Assembly: GCA_043228905.1 (NCBI GenBank)
Contig: JBHGNT010000010.1
Location: forward strand, 9,424,001-9,488,000
From: Azolla caroliniana
Lineage: Eukaryota > Plantae > Polypodiophyta
DNA: 64,000 nt
Reading direction: 5' to 3'
Below are positions 13,001 through 26,700 of this stretch, one piece after another. The notes beneath the pieces are model-generated. The model was not told the DNA's origin, did no database searches, and saw only the letters and a program-made list of their open reading frames with translations. The stretch's first letter is position 1. Each line of letters opens with the position of its first letter. A program made the position numbers and the translations under genes.

Positions 13001-14712
13001 GGTTATTTGCACTCTTGTTCCGTTGTTAGCTTCTATACCATTGGGAGAGCTGCTATTTTTTCATATAATACTCATAAAAAAGGTTCATTTTACAGTTGTC
13101 TATATATTTTGCATCATAATTAACTCAATCCTTGCACGAAGCTTATATAGAAAGTGATTACTCCAAAAAATTCATGTTTATGTTGTTCACACAGGGTATA
13201 ACAACATATGAATATGTGGTTGCAATGAGAGCCCAAAATGAACCTCAAGGGACGCAAGAAGTAGAGCAACAGAGTGCACCATCTTCTCCTACCAGCTCCA
13301 CTGCTACAGGTCTTAGTGGTTCAAGCTCCATTGGTCTGCAGGTTAGGGGAGCATGGTGTACACCCCCAAGAGTTTTCGTGGACCATCAGGTAAAGTTCTT
13401 CACATAAATATGGTTCTGCATCAAGTTTTTTTGTCGGTTCAGCTCTATTAACAGATTCCCTTCTCTTAATGTAAAGGAGGATGAGGTTATACCACATTTA
13501 GGACCAGGCAGGGTTCCTTCCACTGTCGATCCGGATGCTACAACAAGGGGAGAGAAGTCAAACAAACTTGCCGTTAGAATAAGTGCTTGGAAACTAGCAA
13601 AACTTGATCCAGTGGAGGCTGCACGAGCTGCAAGAGAGGCCAGAAAGTCTTCATCTGTAATGCGATCTGCAGGATTTCGTGAGGGAGGGACGTCTGAGCT
13701 TGGATATAGTTCAAGCAGCAATGCTAGTGTCAGAAGCAGCATGAGTGCAGATTATTGGAACAATAAAGGAATTCGACATGATTTCTCACCAAGGACAGTG
13801 TATCCTCCAAGTCGAGCAACGAGTAAGGAGGAAATTGAGGCAGGTGGGGTAAGCCGGAGTAGTTTAAGTAGTCCTGGAGGAATGACTGGTCATACCTCTG
13901 CTGCGTTGAGTCCTCTACCATTAGGGGCAAGAATAGGAGGTACAGATTTTTTTCCTCAACGTAGATTCCCTGTCCACAATCAGCAGGTAAGCACGTTTCC
14001 TCCTAATTCTAGAGAGAATTTTCCAATATACCATACAACGACTCTTTCACCATTGCCCGTTGAGCATCCATCATGGGCAGGAGGGATGACCCCTGGCAGT
14101 GATGGAGGTGATGATTCCAGTGGTGCAGATAGTTTACATGAGAGGCAGAGAAATGATAATGTCGTAATGGATGTTGATACACGACTCTCTCATTTCAATA
14201 GCAACATGAGAGAAAGCAGAAGTGCAGTTTATTGGGATCGAGAAGCTGGAAGGTTCATCTCAGTGCCCAATAGGAACCATCTCATGAGAATTTCAAATCC
14301 TATTTCACGACAGAATCTGCCCATGTCTAGTGGTGGTGGTTCACGGGTTTCTTCCATTCAGCCAGAAGTGGAAATTGGAAATGGCCAAGGCTCCCCACAA
14401 AATTCATCTAATTCTCATCAGCAAGGTGACGCAGTCTCACATGTAGCAGCTGATAACCTCACCTATTCTGGAACTTCCATCTTCTTTGGTGGGCCTCTTA
14501 GCGTACCTGTTTTGGGTTCTCGAAATGACAACACATCTTCATCTGTACCAGATTCTGTTAATACAAGAGGAAGGACGAGTGGCAGCAATGCTGCTCCAAT
14601 ACCTGAACGCAGTGTACAGGAGGTCAATGCTCCTGTACGAGGATCAATGGTGCGCAACCAATCGCCAGTTTTTGCTCCCATGCGTGTATCACACAATAAT
14701 CCATCACACTAG
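7070..14712 (+). CDS. PAT19: DHHC-type protein S-acyltransferase (palmitoyltransferase), PAT19/PAT20-like, about 774 aa, spliced
   Basis: Exons 7070-7114, 7659-7772, 7845-8228, 8321-8389, 8489-8560, 12783-12911, 13002-13082, 13195-13389, 13477-14712, all GT-AG. Motifs: [133 protein letters not shown]. Confidence 0.95.
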
Positions 14713-16990
14713 AAAATAGTTTTCATGATTCTTTCCGAGGACTTGACCATGCTCTTGATTGGAGTGTTTTTCTGTTGGCCAAATTGCTGTTGATCAAAGC
14801 TCAAATGTGTGCTTTGCAGTCTGGACAGTGAATTCTTGGGACTCCAAAAGGATATTGAACCAGTTAGGCTATGGTTCATTAAGTCTGGCTGTAGACATTG
14901 CCAGACAGGGTAGGAAATGAAATTGCTGGGCTAAATATTGCCCACTTGATATAGCAATCTAATGTGGTGTAAAATAGTTCTTTTATTTTAAGAGCGTAGA
15001 ATGTAAAGATGATTAGTTCCAATACTCGTGAAAAACAAGGGAGGATGAGAGGGTTCAGCCATCCTGCAGTTGCTTACTTGTGCATTTTTTGGTGGCATGC
15101 ATAAGAAATAGATAAAATGTCATCAATGTGGGATTGGTGTCTTCTCGAGCTTATGAAAGAGGCATGGTGTCAACATCATTTCTTGATCCTTTAATGCTAT
15201 GCTCTTATGAAATCCCTTATCTAACTTCCATTTGCTACTGTATAGTAAGCTCTAGTCTGTATTTGGCAAATTTCTCACTAGGCTTGGCTCACTTTTACAT
15301 ATACTTGTGTTAAGATTTTTGTATGCAATTTAAAGCCTTCGTAGCTATCTCCTTGCTTTAATCAGCTCTATAACAATAGTGGGTGATTACGTTGGTATGG
15401 AACCAAATAGGGTTGGGATTACTTGCTATTTGCTTTGTGCATTGATTTTTTATATTTATTTTCATTCTGTTTGAATTGAGGGTGTTAAAATGAAGCGGTT
15501 ATGCCTTATTTTGGCACATACCATACACATTTTTTGTTAATATTACATGGAACCATGGTCCTTGTTTAAAATGCTTTCATGCATCGAGTTCTCTGATATC
15601 TCCTTTTTCATGGTTCCAATTAAGAAGAGGGATTTGAAATCTTGGAAAACTAGCCTTATTTTGAAGTGAATGAAGACCCCATTGATAAATTTGATAAATT
15701 TGGGCCTATCATGCAACTGATTTATCATTTGTATAACTATGCTTGTTATCCAAGTAGTGAATTTTGTTATTTAACAAGCTTGATTGTTTGCACATCAGAA
15801 GGGCATGATAAAATAAAGATGTAAAAACCTTATTGTTGCATGTGATGCAACCAATTGTTTGTTATTGGTGTTAGTGGAAACTAAACATCGCACTCTTTGA
15901 GAGTTAATTATGTTTATGATGTGGATCTATCAAGCATGTTCTATATGCATTTATAAAAGGTAGTTTAGTTTGCATAAAGAGATATAGGTATATCTTCATC
16001 ACTAATTGCTTCTTGATGTTGACACATAACCAAGCCATATACCTTATTACCATGTGTAATACACCTAAACTTCATAGAAACATCTTCATCATCGTCTCTA
16101 TGTGATGCAACAAAAGAAAATCCATTTAAAAGGTGTAGATTTATTGTTTTGATGCCTAACACACCTAGATCTTATTAAATATTGCAAACTTTTATCATCT
16201 TGATACTAGACTATTATCATCGTAAGGCATTGTCAATTGCCTCGGTTTGGAACCCGCATATAGTCAGGATTTGCTTTTTCGATATTGATTACCCATGCCC
16301 ATCTCCTCATTTTTGTAGTTGGTGCATTAAGCAATTATTCCAAAAAACTCAACTAAATAGTAAATACAAACCAAGAAATAAGCAAAGGGTTAACAAGAGA
16401 TTTGATATGCAATTTAGAATAAAGAATGCAATAACCCAAAGATAGCTACCAACATGTGATAAATGCCTAGAAGGCTCAAGGCCGCATAGAATTGGAATGG
16501 TTTGATGATGATAAGGTGCTTGCATATATAAGTCTTGACTTCTCAATTAATGATTAACATCCCATGATTGCAAAAGTGAGATTATGCCAAGTTTCACACA
16601 TGTAATCAGGTACGGAAACCTTCTAGAGATATCTAGGATATGAAGAAAATGCAAGGGCATGTCTTTGAGAAGTAGCAATTAGTAACTTAGTTAGCAATGG
16701 TGATATCTTTTAACTAGATTGGGAATTTGAATATTGCTTGGTCAACATTAACAAAATTGTGTTTGTCATACCATCCCCTTCTAATAATGGTGACGTGTCA
16801 TAATGTGGAAGCGTGCAATAAACGTGAATGGTCGACATGCATTTACCAAAGTCAGGCACCCAAATAAAGATAAGAATAGCAACATTCTTGAAAGAGAGGT
16901 TTCTATATTCATTTGACAATAGATATCTTTAAAGTTATAAAATGTGCAAGGGAGTTCATTGTCGAGTTCACAAGTTTTGGGAATTGGATG

Positions 16991-17271
16991 TGTTGAGAAT
17001 CAAACTCAACTTCTCTAGTGTGTGAGCACAATTTAGGAATACTCAAGCGTGGGAACACCCCACTACTATGTAGCAAAAACTAATGTGTCATAGACATAAC
17101 TCTTATGATACATAGTTAGTAGGTAGTTAAGTTTCCCCCCCTTTCCCAAGAGGTAGTTGTAGTAAGGGAATATAGAGAGAAGGTGACTATATAAGCACCT
17201 TCTCTTTTTCTTTGTATTTGTTGGTTGGTTATTATTCTTGTGAATACAGTTTTCTATCTATTGTGTGTTGA

Positions 17272-17328
<57 letters not shown>

Positions 17329-20024
17329 CTCTATTCCGCTGCACAAAATCATACACTTGATTCTTTACATGGTATCAAAGTGATTAGTATTCTGATCCAA
17401 CCCATTCACCTGTGTTGTGTTATTTGCTGACGATCAAGTAGAACCGACTCATCAAATAGAGAAGGAGGAAAACAACTTCAACCAATCGACCATCATGAAC
17501 ACTCAGATGGGCAGCTCTCTCCCAAGTGAAAAGCTAGACAAAAATAACTTTGCATCTTGGTAATACAAGATGCACCGATATGTTGTCAGCCAAGGTTATT
17601 GGAGCTATATTGAGGGAGCACAAGAAACGAAACCCAACCCAACCCATACCAAACACCCAACATGGGAGCAAGCGACAAGTAAGGTGTTGTATTGTCTGGC
17701 ATCATGCGTACACGACCACATTCTTGGTTATATCCAAGAGGCCAAGACGCCGAAGGAAGCTTGGGAGAACCTCCGGCAAACATGACCACACGAAAACTTC
17801 AACTCTGTCAAGAGTTGAACAACATCCAATACATGGATATGTTGATCGCAAGCTACACCTTGAAGATCAAGGAGCTGCGTGACTAACTTGGCTCGATCAA
17901 TGTTATTATTGATGATGAAGAAATGGTGCAAATATGCCTCGACGACCTAGCATCCCATTTTGGCACAATGAGATCGGCCGTCCTCGCAAGAGAGAATCCT
18001 CCCTCCTTCAATCTCTAGTCAATGCTATTGGTTGAAGAAAATTACATCTGAACGAAGGGAAATGCATCACAAGGACACATGGTCTATTCACATTCAGACG
18101 GAGGAAGAGGACGTGGTCGTGGAAGAAGAGGCTGATTCAGCCAAGGTCGAAATGATCAAGGATGGTCACAAGTTACAATCCCCCCACTTCAAGTTGCGTA
18201 CACATCCGACTGCTATATGCCAACTTAAAAGCCTCTCTACAGCCTCAAGCAAGCGCCTAGAGCATGACATTTGAAGATAACACAATATCTTCATTAAATC
18301 AGCTTTTAGATGTCAAATTCTGACAATTCCCTATTCATTCGGAGCGACTTCAAGGGACAAATACTCATCATAATATATGTCGATGACTTGGTAATTGGAG
18401 GAGATCACATAGCCGATACAATAACACCAAAAAGATCCTTTCCGGCTGATTCGAAATGAAGGATATGAAGGAGCTCCATTATTTCCTAGGTATAAAAGTA
18501 ATTCAAACCCCGAATGACATTATGATCTCACAATGATAGTACATTCTCAACTTACTATACAAGTTCGTGATGACAGAGTGCAAACATTTGGTGACCCCCC
18601 TAGATTGAAACCTAAAGCTTGATGCCGACTCCGGCACTATAGAATGCGAACCAACACGATATTGGCAACTTGTCGGAAGCCTCATCTACCTTACCATTGC
18701 CCAATCCAACCTTAGCTATCTGGTCGGCCTCCTCAGCCAGTTTATGTAGACACCACGTAATATTCACTTGGATTGTGCTTAGCAAGTGTTACATTATGTA
18801 AGTACGATGAACTATGGCATCCTCTACAAATCGGCAATGTCGATTTGATTCGAAGGGTATACAGATGCCAACTAGGCCAACTACAATGGCGATCGACGAT
18901 CTACCTCCGAATTCGCGGTCTCCGTCGACAACGGAGCTATATCCTAGAGTAGCAAGAAGCAACCCACACTCGCACTATCAAGCACAGAGGCCGAATATAG
19001 GGGCGTGATTGTTGCCACATTTGAAGCCGTATGGCTCAAGAGGATTTTGAAGGATTTGGACATTCAGATCAAAGATCTAATCCTTCTATACTGCGACAAC
19101 CTAAGCAATATTCATCTGGCTCAAAACCTGGTTTTGCACGCTTGGATGAAGCACATCGAGGTGCATTATCAATTCATCGGAGAACATGTCTTGCCTGGAG
19201 ATGTTGACTTGCAACACATTGGCAAGTGTCACGACGTAGTGACAACATGAGTCTTCAGATGACCGACATCTTCACAAAAGCCCTAGGAGCCAACAAGCTT
19301 CGGCAATTCAAGATGGACCTTGGTCTCTCGACCTCCGACTTGTCAAGCTTGAGGGGGAGTGAGCCTAGGAGACGACAAGCTTCGACAATTAAAGGCGGAC
19401 CTTGGTCTCTCGACCTTCGACTTGCTGAGCTTGAGGGGGAGTGAGCCTGAGTCGAAAGCAGAATGAGCTGACACCATCAAGCCGGAACCGGATGAAATCC
19501 AGACACGAAGCTGAATGAACAAAGGAAGTAGTGTGCGCCGACAATCAAAGCCGAAGCTGACACACAGTCAGACATCAGCCAAAGATGGAGCCGAACACCA
19601 ACAAACGAAAGCCGACTGTCCACCGATTAGAAGTTGAGCTTGAAGGGGCATGTTGAGAATCAAACTCAACTTCCCTAGTGAGTGAACACACTTTAGGAAT
19701 ACTCGAGTGTGTGAACACCCCACTACTATGTAGCAATAATTAATGTGTCATAGACATAACTCTTATGACAGATAGTTCTAGTTTGTAGATAAGTTTCCCC
19801 CTCTTTCCCAAGAGGTAGTTCTAGTAAGAGAATATAGAGAGAAGGTGACGATATAAACACATTCTCCTCTTCTTTGTATTTGTTGGTTGGTCATTATTCT
19901 TGTGAATATAATTTTCTATTTTTTTTGTCTATTGTGTGCCGACTATATATATCTCTCTCTCTCTCACACATACACACACACATCTCTATTCCACTACACA
20001 GAATCATACACCTTATTCTTTACA
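16991..20024 (+). mobile_element. Degenerate, internally deleted Copia (family A)
   Basis: LTRs 16991-17369 and 19651-20024; TSD GGATG/GAATG; PBS tggtatcaaag 17370; PPT 19639-19650. Gag relic (about 17500-18180) is joined directly to an RT/RNaseH relic (about 18190-19350), so protease and integrase are missing. Confidence 0.92.
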
Positions 20025-20187
20025 GAATGCACAAATTTTGATGATGAGAGAATGGCACTAGGTATTGAATTACAAAGCCATGTGGGAGGCCTGTGATCGC
20101 CAAGATGGTGTTGTTATTGACTGTCGAGTCACAATATTTAATCAAGGATATCCACACAACTAGATTGGGATATGTTTGTTTGTAACT

Positions 20188-22128
20188 CGTAAAGATTAAT
20201 GTGTGGAAGCTAAACCGAACTCAACCGGCTCAGCTAGACAACAACAGAAAACGTAGAAAAAACAATGAAAAGAAAACAGAGTACATGGGTGAGACAGAGA
20301 GAGAGCAGAAGACTAAAAGCTCAGATTCAAAATAATATTTCTCTATATATACAACTGTGCTAAGAGAGCACTTTTATACAAGTCCTTAAAGGATGGTCAG
20401 AAGTACTGACAAGTACTTCAATGCTCATAATTGAGCTATTGACACTAACTCCTAAAAATATAACTACTTATTAAACTAGGAGCGTAGGCTCCCCGCGGAT
20501 CCGGCTCTCCGATCCGGTCCGGGCCTAGGCGATCGGTCTTTATCCAATCTGGCTCTCGGCTTAGGCAACCAATCCGGCCCATGTTGAGCTTGATTCTCAA
20601 TACTCCCCCTCAAGCTCAACTTGAGGTTCCTTCTTGCTTTGGCATCTTTTGGCATGCGCTCCTCGACCTGTTCGGTCCCATGCTCCTCGACCTCTCCGGC
20701 CAGCTTGTAAGGCCCTTGTTAGCTCCCACGATGTCGCGGTATCAACACCCCTTGTCCTGTTGAAACCTTTGTTTCGGTGTCGGCTTCGGTCGCCTCCCTA
20801 TCCGCTTGTCCTTCATGTAATTCGGCTCATCCGAATTAACCCACTTGACCGAATTAGTTTTCTCTGATTCGTTCCCGCTCTTGTCTGAATTGGTTGTCTC
20901 CATCCAATTCGTCATCCTACTTCAGGCCCTAGAGCACATCCGACCATGTCTTGGTCTTGGCCTTTTTCTTTCAGTCGGCTCTGTCCTTCTTGACTTTGCC
21001 GCCTGTTCCGGCTCTTCCAGATTTTCCGACTTCTTTAGCCAATTCGACATCTTCTTCGGCTCTCCTCTTGTCTTTGGCTGGTTCTTTTCTTTGGTTCATC
21101 AACTACTCTCCCCCTCAAGTGCGGGACGTCGAGGTGCTGGATACCAAGCATCTTTGAGAAGTGCTGCAACTTGTCCATCCCAAGGGCCTTGGTGAATATG
21201 TTGGCAACTTGCCGATCAGTTCGAGCATACCGAAGTTTGGCTTCACCGCTCAAGACCCGCTTGTGCACAAAGTGATAATGCACTTATATGTTCTTTGTGC
21301 GAGCATGGAATATGGGGTTCTTGGCTAGCTGCATGCTATCGATTTTGTCGCAGTTTTTTGGAATCGGAGTGGGAACTTCGACCCGTAGGTCCTGCAATAG
21401 CCGTTGGAGCCATATAGCCTCACGAGTTGCGATGGTGGCGCCTCTATACTCAACTTCAGTTCTTGACAAAGCCACTGTCGATTGCTTCTTGTTGCTCCAT
21501 GCTACAACCACGCTCTCAAGAAAGAACATAAAACCTGATGTCGACCATCGATCCGTGGCATCACAGGCCCAGTCGACATTAGTATAGCCGATTAACAGTT
21601 TTGCTATGCGGCGCTGGTACAGTAGTCCTCAATCCTTCGTGCTGCTCACATATCACAATATTCAATGCACGCACTGAAGGTGCTCGATAATCAGTCTCTG
21701 CATGAATTGACTTATGATGTTGACCAAATAGCTAAGATCGGGTTGGGTGATGGTTAGATAAATGAGGCTTCTGACGATTTGCCAGAACCGTTTCTCATCG
21801 CAGGTCGCTCTCGAGTCAGGGCGAAGCTTCAAATTTCTGTCGAGAGGAGTAGAGACTCATCGGCAATCCATCATGCCGAATTTGTACAACATATTCAACA
21901 CATAATGTCATTGAGTGAGCAATATACCGTTGGGGGTGTGGATCACTTCGATCCCGAGGAAGTAGTGAAGGTGCCGCAGGTCCATCTCAAATGCGTTCGA
22001 CAATTGGGACCATCTTTGCCAATTTCAGCAAGGTTGGGGTTGGTAATGATCAGGTCATCCACATACAACAATATACACACCGGACCGTTTGGACCTTTCC
22101 GGATGAACAAGGAGTTGGACTTCGAGAC
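20188..22128 (-). mobile_element. Copia family A, 3' part (3' LTR 20188-20602, PPT, C-terminal extension, RNaseH, partial RT); probable outermost host of the nest
   Basis: PPT ctccccctcaag 20603-20614; ORF relics LLYVDDLIIT, AWSNKKQSTVALSRTEVEY, KNPIFHARTKNI. Confidence 0.88.
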
Positions 22129-23711
22129 TGCTGAAGAGAATAGCGTGGAATATTGCTCGGCCACAACCGAGTCTTGAATCACTTCAATGAGAATGAAACA
22201 CAGAAATGGGAATAGAGATGAATACAAAGGAGAGTACACAGGATGTTTACGTGGAAAACCCTGAATAGGAAAAGCCACGGGAGCCCACAAACTCCAATTA
22301 CCACTATATGAGAACAGTACAATCAGAGGCTCGGAGGCAACTACCTTGTGCTCTGTATCTTTGACAGGCGGCGGTTACAACAGAGTATCGCTCTGTATCT
22401 CACTCTCACTCTCTTCCTCTCTCTATTACAACAATTATGCACATATAACAATATGACAACAACAACCCTCAACAAGTGATTGCCCTAAGTCATATTTATA
22501 CTTATATGAACTTAGGGCTATTTACAAATATACCCTCAATAGGCTTACTAAAAAAATATTTACAAATATGTCTTCTCACTGGGTCCATCCGATCCGGTTT
22601 CTAGATCTCTTCCGGTTCTCACCGGGTCCACCTGATCTAGTTTCTGGATCTTTTCCGGTTCTCTCCAGGTCCTCTTCATTCATAATCGGATCCCATCCGG
22701 AGGGATCGATTTCCCAACAATCTCCCCCTTCACTCCGGCATGGGATGTCTCGCCAGCCCGATCCGCTTTTGGCACGCGTCCAACTTGTCTGTTGTCAACA
22801 CCTTGGTCAACATGTTTGACCTGTTCTCCTCCGTGTGGATCTTTGTCAACATGAACTCTTGATCTTCTACTCTCTCCTGGATCCAGTGGTACCTTCGTTG
22901 GATATGCTTCATCCGGGAGTGGGAGGCCGTGTTCTTTGCAAGGTGAATGGCACTTTGATTGTCACAGTAGAGCTGATATTCCTCTTGTTGGATTCCTAGC
23001 TCTCCAATGAAGTCCTTCATCCAGATTATCTCCTTGCCAACTTCTACAAATGCCATATACTCTGCCTCCGTGGTTGACAATATCCGGATGTCGACCGACT
23101 AGTATCCACATCAGCCGACATATCCGAATCAGTGAATCCGTCAAGTTGGGGATTGCCGGAGCCGAACCGGAGGCACATACTCGAGGTGTCTTTTAGATAC
23201 CGGAGTATCCACTTTACCGCGTTCCAATGCTCTCTTCCGGGATTGCTCATGAACCGGCTCACCACTTCGACTTCATATCTGATATCCGGCCGGGTACATA
23301 CCATCACGTACATCAAGCTTTTGACGACAACGGCATATGGAATCTTCATCATATCCGTCTTCTCCGCCTTTGTCCTCGGGCTTTGTTTTCCGGATAGCTT
23401 GTAGTTTGTTGGAAGTGTCGATCCGACCGGTTTCGCCTCTGACATGTTAAACCGTTGAAACACCTTTGTCACGTACTTCTCCTGTGACAATCACAACTTC
23501 TTCGACCGGTTCCGGATGATGTGCATTCCCAATATCTTTCTTGCCGGACCCAAGTCTTTCATTGAGAAGGTCCGGTTCAGAGCCTTCTTCAGCATCCGAA
23601 TCTTGCCTTGGTCTCGTCTGACGATCAACATATCATCCACAAATAGGAGGAGTATCAGGAAATCTCCTCCGTCAAATTTCTTCACAAACACGCAGTGATC
23701 GGCCTGCGTCT
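22129..23711 (-). mobile_element. Tnt1/Tork-like Copia (family B), 3' LTR 22129-22719 plus RNaseH and partial RT
   Basis: PPT atctccccctt 22720-22730; ILLLFVDDML, STTEAEYMA, YCDNQSAIHLAKN. Confidence 0.9.
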
Positions 23712-26700
23712 GCGTTCGATTTCCGATTGCTTCCGCATGCTATTCTTCACATATTTCTTATCTTTCTCTGGTTGATTATCATCGAAGTGATCTAAGTCTC
23801 GGTTGTGGCCGAAGATTATTCCGCATAGTTCCTGTCAAACTGGTATGAGAGCGAAATGACATAGAAAAATGGAAGATTCGTTGGGAGGTATGTTCAAGCT
23901 CACTGGCTCCAACTACTCAGTGTGGAAGTCGACGATGAGGGACATGCTTGTGGTTAAAGATCTTTGGTTGTCGGTTCAGTTTGGGGATAAGAGACTAGAC
24001 AAGATCGATGCCACGATATGGGAGGTGATGCACATGAAGACAACGGCGTACATACGGTGCTTCATCGACATGAGCCTATACAACAACTTTAATGAGGAGA
24101 GTAAGGCTCATGAGCTCTGAGAGAAGATCAACATTATGTTCCAAAACAAATATGTTGTTAATTGGGTTTCGGTATTCCGGAAGCTAGTGCGGCTCCGGTA
24201 CCAAGATGGCTCTAGCATGGCGGAGCACATGAATGCCTTCCAAGGGCTGATTCACCAGGAAACATCATTGGAAGTACCTCTCGCCGATGAGGTACTAGCA
24301 TTGCTCCTGCTCGGTTCCCTCCCGGATAGCTGGGAGACGTTAGTTGTCATGTTGGGCAACGCCGGGCCGGAAGGAAAATAGCTATCCCTAGCAAGAGTCA
24401 AGTTGAGCTTGCTAAATGTGGAGGCGCGTTGGAAAGACAAGGATACGAGCTCCGACTCCAATGCCCTCCTTACCAAATCAGAACGCGGAAGACAAAGGAA
24501 CCGGAATCCCCAGAACCAGGAAAAGTCGGGGACATGGTCAAAGTCAAGGGGAAGGCCCACTTTCTTCTATTGTGGGAAGACAAGGCACTTCCAAAAGAAC
24601 TGTCGGCATTACCGATTCGAAGTGGTCATCGGGCCGGAACGGTAAAGATCGGAGGAGGCCAGACCGGAAGGGAATGACGGCAATCACGGCAAGTGAAGAA
24701 GAGTTGATGCTCATCACTAAGGAGAGTGAGTTGAACCTTGCCGGCGACGAGACAACGTGGGTAGTCGACTCCGGAGCGTCGTTCCACCGGACACGAAGTC
24801 ACATGCCGGATCACAGTACTTTGTGACGTTCATAGACGACCACAGTTGGAAGCTGTGGGCCACACTGTTGAAGACGAAGGATCAGGTGTTATTCGTCTTC
24901 AAGGAACTCCACGCAAGAGTGGAAAGAGAAACCGCCTGGAAGCTAAAGGCGGTTCGAGCAGATAACGAAGGAGAATACTGGGGGCAGTTCGAGGAGTACT
25001 GTCGCTCGAAGGGAATCTGGCTTGAATTTACCATGCCGAAGACGCCGAAACTAAATGGGCTGGCTGAGAAGATGAACCGGACCATAATGGAGAGGGTCTG
25101 GAGTATGCTGGCACATGCAAAGTTACCCAAGATGTTTTGGGTTGAGGCGTTGTTGACAACGACATATGTGATAAACAAGTCACCCTCAGTACCCTTGGAT
25201 GGAGACACGCCGCAAAGAGTGTGGACCGGTAAGGAAGTGTCTTACCGGCATCTGAAGGTGTTCAGGTGTCTCGCTTACGTGCATGTTGCAAAGGACCAGA
25301 GAGTTAAGTTGGCTCCAAAGTCACGACCTTGCATATTTCTCGGATACGGCGATGATGAGTTTGGCTACTCAGTGTGGGATCCGATGGACAAGAAGGTTTT
25401 CTGGAGTCGAGATATTATCTTCATGGAGGACAAGACCCCTGCCGACTGGGAGTCAAAGAAGAAGATAATGAACTCCGAGTCGACCGGTAAGGATCGGTTC
25501 GATGAGATTCGAACCTACCCGACTAAGAGCTGGTTGACACTAGAAGAACCGGCCGGTTACAGTGAGGATACCAAACCGGTAGAAGAAGAAGAAGAGGAAG
25601 TTGAAACCGGAACCGACCAAGATCCCGAATCGGATTTGGATTAAGAACAGACGCAAGAGCCGGTTACCGAAAACTGAAGTCGGAGATATCCTTTCAGAGA
25701 GAGGAGGGCCCCTCGGAGATTTCCGGATCTAGAGCATGTGTTGCTAACCGATGAGGGGGAGCCGGAAAGCTTCGAAAAAGTGAGGGAGGACTCCCACAAC
25801 CACAAGTGGTTAAGTGCCATGCAGGATGAGATGGATTCCTTGCATGAGAACCACACGAGTTGCCGAAAGGAAAGAGGGCACTCCAAAACAAGTAGGTGTA
25901 CAAGCTGAAACCGGGAGATGCCGGCAACCCCCCAAGATACAAAGCCAAGATCGTGGTGAAGGGGTTCCAGCAGAAGAAGGGCGTGGACTTTGACGAGATA
26001 TTTACCCCAGTAGTAAACATGACTTCCATCCGGACGGTGCTGAGCATAGCGGCAAGCATGGACCTCGAGATAGAGCAGTTAGATGTGAAGACGACGTTCT
26101 TCCACGGCGACCTTGAAGAGGAGATCTACATACAGCAACCGGAAGGATTTGTGAAGAAGGGGAAGGAGCACCTAGTTTGCCGGTTGAAGAAGAGCCTCTA
26201 CGGTTTGAAGCAGGCTCCTCGACAATGGTACCAGAAGTTTGACTCCTTCATGAAGGATCAAGGATACCACAAGATGTAGGCCGATCATTGCGTGTTTGTG
26301 AAGAAGTTTGAAGGTGGAGACTTCCTGATACTCCTCCTGTACATGGACGACATGTTGATCGTCGGACGAGACCAAGTCAAGATACGGATGCTGAAGAAGG
26401 CTTTGAACCAGACCTTGTCAATGAAAGACTTGGGTTCAGCAAGACAGATACTGGGAGTGCACATCATCCGGGACTAGTCAAAGAAGCAATTGTGGCTGTC
26501 ACAGGAGAAGTACGTAACAAAGGTGCTTCAACGGTTCAACATGTCAGATGCGAAACCGGTCGGATCGACACTCCCAGCAAACTGCAGGTTATCCGGTAAG
26601 CAAAGCCCGAAGACGAAGGCAGAGAAGGCAGATATGATGAAGATACCATATGCCTTTGCCGTCGGGAGCTTAATGTACCCAATGGTGTGTACCAGACCGA

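Noticed and set aside
15330-16980. Degenerate sequence downstream of the PAT gene
   Set aside because: No assignable motifs or boundaries by eye.
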